64,000 nucleotides of DNA, from the NCBI GenBank assembly GCA_965197425.1, contig CBDANC010000015.1, positions 320,001 through 384,000 of the forward strand. The letters are read 5' to 3'. This DNA is from Bdellovibrionales bacterium (lineage in GTDB: Bacteria; Bdellovibrionota; Bdellovibrionia; Bdellovibrionales; JAUICD01). Both the position numbers and the translations under genes were made by a program. A model generated the notes under the pieces. It searched no databases, was not told the origin of the DNA, and saw only the letters and a program-made list of their open reading frames with translations. The first letter of the stretch is position 1. Each line of letters opens with the position of its first letter. Shown piece by piece: positions 47,369 through 55,332 of the stretch.

Positions 47369-48355
47369 GTGCCAGTGAGTACAGGTTTGCGTTTTACGGA
47401 TAAGAAAATATGTCAGAATGTAATTCATCAGTCCAAATCTGGAGAAGCTAGCATTTTGACTGATTCTATCAATGTTGGAGGTATCCTACTTTTTGATAAG
47501 CCTAGTGGAATGTTGAGTCATGATGTGGTTAAGCTTGTAAGGAGAGTATTTGGTATTAAGGCTGTGGGGCATTCTGGCACATTAGATCCGTTGGCTTCTG
47601 GTTTAATGGTTATTTTGTTAAATCGTGCAACAAAGCTTTCCGATTTTCTTTTGAATTCGGACAAAACTTATAGAGTAAAGGTTTTATTAGGTGTTAGTAC
47701 TGACACCTACGATGCTGACGGTAGTATAATTAGCGAATCTAATGTGAGTGTCAGTGGAGATGATATTAAGCTTGCTATAAAAAAGTTTTCTGGGCCTGTA
47801 GATTTGTGTGTTCCTCCTTATTCTGCAACCAAGTATAAAGGTAAGAAGTTGTATGAATATGCAAGAGCAGGTCTTAAGGTACCCAAGATTATCAAGCCTA
47901 TGAATTTTAAAGATGTTAACTTAACTGCTGTAGGGGAGAATTATTTTGAAGCAAGTTTAAGTGTTTCGAAGGGTACCTACATTCGGTCTTGGGCACATGA
48001 GATCGGAAAATGTTTAAAAACTGGTGGTATTGTGAAGGAACTTAGGAGGCTTGGATCATATCCTTATGATGTGAAGAATGCCATAACAACTCAAGAATTA
48101 AAAAATCATGACATAGATAAAGGGTTTATACCTATGAATGATGTTTTAGAGCATGTACCTGAGTACTATCTCAGGGGTGGATGGAAAGATTTGGTGATAA
48201 GAGGTAGTATGCCAGAAGGTGTGATTTGGGAGGTAAAAAACTTGATGCATAGTAAAAATTGCAATGTAGTTAGGTTTAAGAGTGCTAATGATAGAAGATT
48301 GATAGGACTTGTGGCTTTAAGAGATAATAATTTTGTGACTTGTATTTTTAGATGA
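47369..48355 (+). CDS. truB: tRNA pseudouridine(55) synthase (true start probably downstream)
   Basis: DKPSG, GHSGTLDPLASG, PPYSA.K..GKKLYEYAR, SKGTYIRS. Confidence 0.95.
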   Translation: MPVSTGLRFTDKKICQNVIHQSKSGEASILTDSINVGGILLFDKPSGMLSHDVVKLVRRVFGIKAVGHSGTLDPLASGLMVILLNRATKLSDFLLNSDKTYRVKVLLGVSTDTYDADGSIISESNVSVSGDDIKLAIKKFSGPVDLCVPPYSATKYKGKKLYEYARAGLKVPKIIKPMNFKDVNLTAVGENYFEASLSVSKGTYIRSWAHEIGKCLKTGGIVKELRRLGSYPYDVKNAITTQELKNHDIDKGFIPMNDVLEHVPEYYLRGGWKDLVIRGSMPEGVIWEVKNLMHSKNCNVVRFKSANDRRLIGLVALRDNNFVTCIFR

Positions 48356-48393
48356 ACATTAGTAGGTTGTTCCCTAAAATCTGTGGAGGATTG

Positions 48394-48660
48394 ATGTTAG
48401 CGAGAGATATTAAGCGTAAGTTGATAGATGAATATAAGGTAGCTGAGAATGACACTGGTAGTGTTGATGTTCAAGTTGCCATTTTAACAAAAAGAATAAA
48501 CAGTTTGATAAGCCATTTTGATGCTCATAAAAAAGATAATCATTCTAGGCGTGGGCTTATAAATATGGTGAATAAGAGAAAAAGCCTTATCAGTTATTTG
48601 AAAGACAAAGATTCCAAGCGATACTCTGAATTAGTATCCAAACTTGGTCTTAGGAAGTAG
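48394..48660 (+). CDS. rpsO: 30S ribosomal protein S15
   Basis: DTGSVDVQVAILT, HKKDNHSRRGL; GGAGG RBS before ATG 48394. Confidence 0.97.
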   Translation: MLARDIKRKLIDEYKVAENDTGSVDVQVAILTKRINSLISHFDAHKKDNHSRRGLINMVNKRKSLISYLKDKDSKRYSELVSKLGLRK

Positions 48661-48668
48661 AGGACAGC

Positions 48669-50759
48669 ATGAAAAATACTAAATTAAATATATCCCTTGG
48701 TGGAAGGGAACTAAGTTTGGAAACAGGGGTATATGCAAAGCAAGCGCATGGTTCTGTTGTTACCAGGTGTGATGATAACATTGTTCTAACCACGGTTGTT
48801 TCTTCTAAGAATTCTTCCAATCTGGATTTTTTCCCAATGACAGTTGAGTTTCAAGAGCGATTTTATGCAACTGGCAAATTTCCTGGTGGTTACTTTAAAA
48901 GAGAGGGTGGACGACCTGGAGAATTTAATATATTAACCTGTAGGTTGACTGACAGATCACTTAGACCTCTATTCCCTGATGGTTATAATTTTGAAACTCA
49001 GATTGTATCTACTGTTTTAAGTTCTGATGGTTCATTTCCATGTGATATTTTGGCTTGTATAGGTGCAAGTTCTGCTCTTCACATTAGTGATATTCCTTTT
49101 GGAGGTCCCGTTTGCACTTTAAGGCTGGCTAAGATTAATGGCAAGTTTGTGATAAACCCTGGTCTTGATGAAGTTAATGATTCCAAAATGGACATGGTGG
49201 TTGCTGGTACTAGTAAGGGCTTATCGATGGTTGAAGGGGGTGCTAAATTTATATCTGAGGATGAAGTTTTAGAGGCCTTACAATTTGCTTACTCTTCATT
49301 TGCTCCTGTTTTAGAGGCTCAAGAAGAGTTAAGAAAAAAGGTGGGAGTTGATAAAAGGGAATTTGTTCCTAGCAAAGTGGATGATAGTTTTAGATCTAGT
49401 ATTGAGAATGAAATTAGTAGCAAGGTATCAGAGGCTCTTAAGGTAAAAGTTAAAACAGACAGATACGCAGAGTTTTCTAAAATAAAAGATGAAGCGTTAG
49501 ATAAGTTTGTAACATCAGAAGATTCCGATGAAGCTTCTGAACAAAAAAAGAATGTTTCAAAGGTATTTGAAGATCTTAAGTATAATTTATCTAGAGACAT
49601 GATTTTATCTGGGCGTACTAGGATTGATTCTAGAAAGTGCGATGAGATTAGGCCCATTACTTGTGAAGCAGGCCTATTGCCAAGAGCTCATGGTTCTGGA
49701 GTATTTACCAGGGGTGAGACGCAGGTTTTGGCGGCCGTAACTTTGGGTACTTCTGACGATGCTCAAACAATAGATACTATAAATGGTTATGTGACTAAAG
49801 ACTTCATGTTACATTATAACTTTCCACCTTTTTGTGTTGGAGAGACTGGGCGTTTAGGTGGTCAGAGCAGAAGAGAGATTGGTCATGGATTTTTGGCTGA
49901 AAGATCTCTTAGTGCAGTTTTACCTTCGGTAGAGAAGTTTCCTTATACCATTAGGTTGGTAAGCGAGGTATTGGAGTCTAATGGTTCCAGTTCTATGGGT
50001 ACAGTTTGTTCTGGAATGTTATCTTTGTTGGATGCTGGTGTTCCTGTGAAGGGTAATGTAGCTGGAATTGCTATGGGTTTGATTAAAAAAGGTGATAAGG
50101 TTGAGGTGTTATCAGACATACTTGGTGACGAGGATCATCTTGGGGACATGGATTTTAAAGTAGCTGGTAGTAGGGATGGTATCACTGCTTTACAGATGGA
50201 CATAAAAATTGATTCTGTTTCATTTGATATTTTAAAGACTGCATTGGCACAAGCTAAGGTGGGTAGATGTCATATATTAGATGAGATGGAAAAAGTTATT
50301 TCTACTACTAAAGCAAATTTATCTGAGTATGTTCCTAAAATTGAAACTGTGACAATAAAGCAGGACAAAGTTAGGGATGTAATAGGTCCTGGTGGTAAAG
50401 TGATAAAAGAAATTATAGCTACTACTGGTGTAAAGATGGATATAGGTGATGATGGTGTGATTAAAGTAGCATCAGCAGATCCAGATGCTAGAGCTAAAGC
50501 TCTTAAGATGATAAGTGATATTGTTGCAGAGGCTGAAGTAGGAAAGTCATATACAGGTAAGGTGGTAAAGATTTTAGACTTTGGAGCGTTTGTAGAGGTT
50601 TTGCCTAATACCACAGGTCTTTTACATATATCTGAAATTGATCATAAAAGAGTAAGACATGTTGAGGATTATATGAAAGAGGGTGATGAAGTTAATGTTA
50701 AGGTTTTGGATGTAGACAGAACCGGGAAAATAAAACTCTCCAGAAAAGCTCTCTTATAA
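48669..50759 (+). CDS. pnp: Polyribonucleotide nucleotidyltransferase (PNPase)
   Basis: FTRGETQ, RREIGHG, ESNGSSS, DHLGDMDFKVAG, KH and S1 domains. Confidence 0.98.
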   Translation: MKNTKLNISLGGRELSLETGVYAKQAHGSVVTRCDDNIVLTTVVSSKNSSNLDFFPMTVEFQERFYATGKFPGGYFKREGGRPGEFNILTCRLTDRSLRPLFPDGYNFETQIVSTVLSSDGSFPCDILACIGASSALHISDIPFGGPVCTLRLAKINGKFVINPGLDEVNDSKMDMVVAGTSKGLSMVEGGAKFISEDEVLEALQFAYSSFAPVLEAQEELRKKVGVDKREFVPSKVDDSFRSSIENEISSKVSEALKVKVKTDRYAEFSKIKDEALDKFVTSEDSDEASEQKKNVSKVFEDLKYNLSRDMILSGRTRIDSRKCDEIRPITCEAGLLPRAHGSGVFTRGETQVLAAVTLGTSDDAQTIDTINGYVTKDFMLHYNFPPFCVGETGRLGGQSRREIGHGFLAERSLSAVLPSVEKFPYTIRLVSEVLESNGSSSMGTVCSGMLSLLDAGVPVKGNVAGIAMGLIKKGDKVEVLSDILGDEDHLGDMDFKVAGSRDGITALQMDIKIDSVSFDILKTALAQAKVGRCHILDEMEKVISTTKANLSEYVPKIETVTIKQDKVRDVIGPGGKVIKEIIATTGVKMDIGDDGVIKVASADPDARAKALKMISDIVAEAEVGKSYTGKVVKILDFGAFVEVLPNTTGLLHISEIDHKRVRHVEDYMKEGDEVNVKVLDVDRTGKIKLSRKALL

Positions 50760-50804
50760 AAATCTTTTATTATAGGTTTATAGTTTAGTTACTGTTTGTA
50801 TTGG

Positions 50805-50834
50805 TTGACATTTACAAAACATTGATTATATAAC
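50805..50834 (+). promoter_or_regulatory. Putative sigma70 promoter of the stand-alone S1 gene
   Basis: TTGACA (50805) - 18 nt - TATAAC; GGAGG RBS before ATG 50878. Confidence 0.55.
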
Positions 50835-50877
50835 CAGATTGTTATGGCTGAAATCTTTCAGATAACGGAGGTACTTA

Positions 50878-51129
50878 ATGACAAATGACGCTGCTGCAAA
50901 GGCAGAAATAGGAAAAACATATACTGGTAAGGTGGTTAAAGTTGTAGCTTTTGGGGCATTTGTAGAGGTGTTGCCTAATACTACAGGTCTTTTACATATA
51001 TCTGAAATTGATCATAAAAGAGTAAGACATGTTGAGGATTATATGAAAGAGGGTGATGAAGTTAATGTTAAGGTTTTAGATGTTGATAAAACTGGAAAAA
51101 TAAAACTATCTAGAAAAGCCCTTTTGTAG
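50878..51129 (+). CDS. Stand-alone S1 RNA-binding domain protein, duplicate of the PNPase C-terminal S1 domain
   Basis: FGAFVEVLPNTTGLLHISEIDHKRVRHVEDYMKEGDEVNVKVLDVD identical to the PNPase C-terminus; own RBS. Confidence 0.88.
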   Translation: MTNDAAAKAEIGKTYTGKVVKVVAFGAFVEVLPNTTGLLHISEIDHKRVRHVEDYMKEGDEVNVKVLDVDKTGKIKLSRKALL

Positions 51130-51163
51130 CCTCGCAGTTATTTTATATTTTTACTACATTTGT

Positions 51164-51610
51164 TTATTCTTCAATTAGAACAGCTCTAACAACAACTTTC
51201 CTTCCTACTTTTTGAATCACAAAGTTGTCTGTTATTCCTGGATTCATAGTGCCTATATTACCTGGGTGGCCTAAACGACCTGGGTTTATAGAATTGTCCC
51301 TTACACGTACTTCTTTTGCTCTAATTGAGCTGTCAATGATAAGAGCATTTGCTCCACAACGACAAGCATATTTTTTAGTCCGATCAACAGCTTGTGCTAA
51401 AGAATCAGACGCACCAATTTCAGAGTCTATTAAACATACAGCTTTATATGGCTTGTTGATTTCTTTACCACTAGTGTAAACACTAATCCTACAGTTATCT
51501 TTTTTTGGAGGATAATAATGACCACCTAATCTTATTGATCCAGGTTCTGGAGTGATACATCCAGTAAGTAAAAACGCTATACTTATTGTAATGATATGGC
51601 TTTTGTTCAT
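51164..51610 (-). CDS. Putative lipoprotein
   Basis: LLTG-C lipobox; GGAGG RBS; ACRCGANALII motif. Confidence 0.7.
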   Translation of the reverse strand: MNKSHIITISIAFLLTGCITPEPGSIRLGGHYYPPKKDNCRISVYTSGKEINKPYKAVCLIDSEIGASDSLAQAVDRTKKYACRCGANALIIDSSIRAKEVRVRDNSINPGRLGHPGNIGTMNPGITDNFVIQKVGRKVVVRAVLIEE

Positions 51611-51686
51611 CTTTTACCTCCAAGGAAAAGAGGGAGAGGATGGGTCAATATTTTTAACTGCATGTTACACGCCCCCTATTGTGAAC

Positions 51687-52475
51687 CTAGTTGTTTTGGT
51701 TAGCAGCATTAGCGGCATTATTGGTTTCATTTACAAACATCCTGATTAAATGGATTCTATCATTATTATCCAATTTAGGATCTAGGACATGATTTCCTAA
51801 ATCAATAATGATTTCATTTTCGGGTCGGGCGGTTCCTCCCCGGAGCTTGAAGATGTCATATATGCTCTTTGCAACCAAAATTACTGACGCCCCCCAGAGT
51901 ACCCTATTTGCCATAAGTAATCCCGTTCGCGTCCTCCCAACAAGCCGCTGAGATCCCATAATAGCTTTATCTATAAAGGTAAATAACCCGAGGCCTGCTA
52001 GACCCCCAACTAGTTGTTCTCTTGTTCCAAGAACCCCGTGTCTTCTTGCATCAATGAGTTGCCTAATATTGCCTTCAAGATTGAAATGAATCTCTATTTG
52101 TTGCTCGCGATTAAGCGAACCAAATATTTCAAGTGCACGTTCATTTTGAGCTACTATAAAAAGAATCTCACAAGCCGGAATTTCTCTTAAATCTTTATAA
52201 CTCTGGCAGGTGGATTCATAAAGAGCCACAGCTCTATTTACACATTCTGGATTTTCTATTTTCATTCTCCCAGAAGTATCTTTTTCCATGAGTTTTTCCC
52301 AAATAGCTTTTTCATCTCTACTTTCAACTTCAAGGATGTCTGATACAACCTCACACTCAGCTACCAGTGCATCTGCGGCATTTTGTGTTCTTGCGACAGA
52401 GCTTAGTTCTCTTGTTCCTTGGGTAGTTGTACAGGAAATTGTAAACAGACTTGTAAGTAAAATTAAACTTTTCAT
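51687..52475 (-). CDS. Putative lipoprotein with two Gly-rich hydrophobic segments (paralog 1)
   Basis: MKSLILLTSLFTIS-C lipobox-like leader after AAGGGGG RBS; LVGGLAGLGLF and VLWGASVILV segments. Confidence 0.7.
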   Translation of the reverse strand: MKSLILLTSLFTISCTTTQGTRELSSVARTQNAADALVAECEVVSDILEVESRDEKAIWEKLMEKDTSGRMKIENPECVNRAVALYESTCQSYKDLREIPACEILFIVAQNERALEIFGSLNREQQIEIHFNLEGNIRQLIDARRHGVLGTREQLVGGLAGLGLFTFIDKAIMGSQRLVGRTRTGLLMANRVLWGASVILVAKSIYDIFKLRGGTARPENEIIIDLGNHVLDPKLDNNDRIHLIRMFVNETNNAANAANQNN

Positions 52476-52525
52476 TTTATCCCCCTTTGATCTGACTTTC
52501 AGTTTTACATGAGAGGGGGGGGGGT
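52347..52525. repeat. 179-bp direct repeat (promoter, G10 tract and 5' coding region of the lipoprotein paralogs), copy 1
   Basis: Reads identical to 53946..54124 (offset 1599). Confidence 0.9.
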
Positions 52526-52628
52526 GCATCAACATTTTAATTACCAGTTTTTTTAAAAGCTAGACTGGCCACAACCCACACCCTGCTTATAGTGCAAGCA
52601 TCTAAGCAAAATGTGGCTGTGTGGGCAG

Positions 52629-52883
52629 TTAATTTTTCATCAAAGCTTCATTAATAACGCTTTGGTATCCAACTTTTCTTTTCTTTGCTTCTTTTTTAGC
52701 CCATTTGATAATACTAGGGTGTAACCTGATAGAAATTGGAATGTATTTGTCCTGCTTCAAAGGACGTCCCCGTGAGGGGCGTTTTTTGCCAGTTACTTTT
52801 TCGATAGCTTTTCTGGCCGAGCTAACTTCTTTTTTTGTAATTCGTCTTGCTTTTTCAAATGAAAATTCTTTTATATTTTTCAT
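52629..52883 (-). CDS. brnA: BrnA family antitoxin
   Basis: RGRP..ISIRLHP..KW......GYQSVINEAL ribbon-helix-helix; overlaps toxin 3' end. Confidence 0.88.
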   Translation of the reverse strand: MKNIKEFSFEKARRITKKEVSSARKAIEKVTGKKRPSRGRPLKQDKYIPISIRLHPSIIKWAKKEAKKRKVGYQSVINEALMKN

Positions 52884-53145
52884 ACCTATCCCTCTCTTTT
52901 TTGTTTGCTTTTCTAGCACTGATGATGCGGTAAACACTTTTAAATCTGATAGTGAAAATCACTACAAGAATGCCATCATCAGATTCTCCTATAATCCATT
53001 CCCTTACTTCATCCTTGGCAGAATGTTTTATATCAGGAGCAACAAGTGCAAAAGGATCGTCGAAGACAGTTACTGCTAAAGAAAAATGTATTCCGTGCTT
53101 CTTGACATTTTGCTTTAACTTATTTTCGTCCCATTCAAATTGCAA
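52855..53145 (-). CDS. brnT: BrnT family toxin
   Basis: FEWDENK..NVKKHGIHF, RIISARKA..KER..Y. Confidence 0.93.
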   Translation of the reverse strand: MQFEWDENKLKQNVKKHGIHFSLAVTVFDDPFALVAPDIKHSAKDEVREWIIGESDDGILVVIFTIRFKSVYRIISARKANKKERDRYEKYKRIFI

Positions 53146-53271
53146 AATTCACCCTACCGAAAACACCATACCAACATTTTCAGTATATACTAAAAATCTA
53201 CAAAGTCAAATGCTTGAGAGAGAGATGGAACACCCTCTGGTTTTTCTATTGTGTTTTACCAATTAGCTGGA

Positions 53272-54074
53272 TTAGCGAGACTCATCTTGATTTTGTTGGT
53301 TGGCATTATTAGCGGCATTGGTGTCATTTACAAACGATCTGATCAAGTAAAGCCTATCCTTAGTGTTTAATCCAGGATATAGAACAGGATCTCCTAAAGT
53401 AACATCGGTTCTATTTTCAGCTCGTCCAATTCCTGATCTGGACGCATCAAACAGGCCTTTTCCAAGTAACATCAATCCTGCTCCAACGATTACACGACTT
53501 GCAATTCTCTTCTTTAGGGTGTTTGCCCAACCAAGAAGATAGAATCCTCCCCCCGCACCACCTGTCAGACCTACAAAACTTTGTGTATATCCAGCACTCT
53601 CTAATCTTTCAGCATCTGCCGATTTTACACCGACTAACTGCCTAACTCTTTGTTCAATGTTGGGAACCCCTATTTTTTGCTCATCAGTAAGAGCATCAAA
53701 CGTCTCAAGGGTATGGTCATACGGTCATTTCGATCAGTTACAAATAATACCTCACAAACCGAATTTGTTCTAAAATCCTCATAACTCTGACAGGTCTCTT
53801 CGTAAAGAGATATTGCTATATCTATACATTCTGGTTTCGCTATTTTCATTCTTCCAGAAGCATCTTTCTCTGTGATTTTTTCCCAAACAGCTTTTTGCCA
53901 AATAACGTAGTCATCCTCTTTTTGTATTTGAAGAATTTCTGATATAACCTCACACTCAGCTACCAGTGCATCTGCGGCATTTTGTGTTCTTGCGACAGAG
54001 CTTAGTTCTCTTGTTCCTTGGGTAGTTGTACAGGAAATTGTAAACAGACTTGTAAGTAAAATTAAACTTTTCAT
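53272..54074 (-). pseudogene. Lipoprotein paralog 2, frameshifted by an 8-bp duplication
   Basis: Near-duplicate atggtcat/acggtcat at 53713..53728; removing 8 nt joins ORFs 53670..54131 and 53272..53475 into a frame aligning with paralog 1 (ETFDALTDEQKI vs EIFGSLNREQQI; DRLYLIRSFVN vs DRIHLIRMFVN). Confidence 0.82.
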
Positions 54075-54124
54075 TTTATCCCCCTTTGATCTGACTTTCA
54101 GTTTTACATGAGAGGGGGGGGGGT
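53946..54124. repeat. 179-bp direct repeat, copy 2
   Basis: Reads identical to 52347..52525, including G10 at 54114..54123. Confidence 0.9.
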
Positions 54125-54255
54125 AAATCAATATTTTAATTATGTATTGTGTGTTTCTATGGCATTTATATTCTGAACTAAAATCGAATTGCCTATAAAA
54201 GTATCTTTAAATGGTTGTGAAATTTAATACATTGATTGTATAATTGCCGGCACAG

Positions 54256-54633
54256 ATGGCTAAAATCTTTCAGACAACAGAAGCACCCAAACCAATAGGT
54301 CCTTATTCTCAGGCAATAGAGTCCGGTAATCTGGTGTTTTTTTCTGGTCAAATTCCTATTGATCCAAAAACAGATAAGCTGGTGGATGAGGACATTGGAG
54401 TTCAAACTACTAGAGTAATGGAAAATATTAAAGCTTTGCTTAAGGCATGCAAGTTAGATCTATCAAGTATAGTTAAAACCACTGTTTATCTGACAACCAT
54501 GGATCACTTTACTGAGATGAATACTGTTTATGCCAAGTATTTTAGTGAACACGAACCTGCAAGATCTTGTGTGGCTGTGGCTGGTTTACCTAAAAACTCT
54601 TTGGTAGAGATTGAAATCATAGCTTCTAGATAA
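54256..54633 (+). CDS. ridA: RidA (YjgF/YER057c/UK114) family deaminase
   Basis: APKPIGPYSQA, SGQIP, PARSCVAV..LPK..LVEIE. Confidence 0.93.
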   Translation: MAKIFQTTEAPKPIGPYSQAIESGNLVFFSGQIPIDPKTDKLVDEDIGVQTTRVMENIKALLKACKLDLSSIVKTTVYLTTMDHFTEMNTVYAKYFSEHEPARSCVAVAGLPKNSLVEIEIIASR

Positions 54634-54714
54634 GAGACCTCCCATGGAGCTGGGCAACCACTCGGCAAAAAGGAAAGCAAAGCTTCTCTTATTTGCCTCG
54701 TTAGGAAGACCTTT
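54634..54714 (+). repeat. Modular intergenic repeat, locus I (ends at the YdcF-family ATG)
   Basis: gagacct..gagctgggcaaccactcggc...gttaggaagaccttt-ATG. Confidence 0.9.
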
Positions 54715-55317
54715 ATGTTAAATCCTTTTAAGTATTTAAAATTAAATGAAATAAAAACATGGTTCTTCCTGGGTATTTTTTTAAGTGTATTTATACTCAT
54801 AGTTTTTGGTTTGTTGTCTTATAGAGAGGTTAATAGAATTTTATCTACTAAGCCTACTTCTTGGACAAAGGATCACAGGGCTGATTGTGGTGTTGTTTTA
54901 ACTGGTGGTTCTTATAGGGTGAGGGAAGGGTTGGATTTGTTAACCCAGAAGAATATCAGGAAGCTGATAATATCTGGAATTTACCAAACCACTACCTTGG
55001 ATGATATTTTTCCAGAGATTCCTTTTTATGGTGATATTAGAGTTGAAGATATTGTCTTAGAGAACATGTCTGAGACTACTTATGGCAATGCAAAAAAAGT
55101 TTTTGTGTTAGCAGAGGAGTTGGACTGTAGTGATATTGTGTTGATAACCTCAAGACTTCACATGTACAGAGCTTATAGAACCTTTAGAGCTGTGTTTCCA
55201 AAAGATTATAAAATCCAACAGAGGGCAGTAATATCTGGAAACTTAAGACCTAATAAGTTAAATATTTTATATGAAGTTGCAAGCTCAATATTATATAGAC
55301 CACTATGGCTACTTTAA
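54715..55317 (+). CDS. YdcF/DUF218 family membrane protein
   Basis: VVLTGG, ISG, SETTYGNA, LITSRLHMYRA. Confidence 0.88.
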   Translation: MLNPFKYLKLNEIKTWFFLGIFLSVFILIVFGLLSYREVNRILSTKPTSWTKDHRADCGVVLTGGSYRVREGLDLLTQKNIRKLIISGIYQTTTLDDIFPEIPFYGDIRVEDIVLENMSETTYGNAKKVFVLAEELDCSDIVLITSRLHMYRAYRTFRAVFPKDYKIQQRAVISGNLRPNKLNILYEVASSILYRPLWLL

Positions 55318-55332
55318 ATATAGTTATTTTAG

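Noticed and set aside
50520..51129. DGR template/variable repeat pair (pnp S1 versus mini-S1)
   Set aside because: Differences are mostly synonymous and involve all bases, not only adenines.
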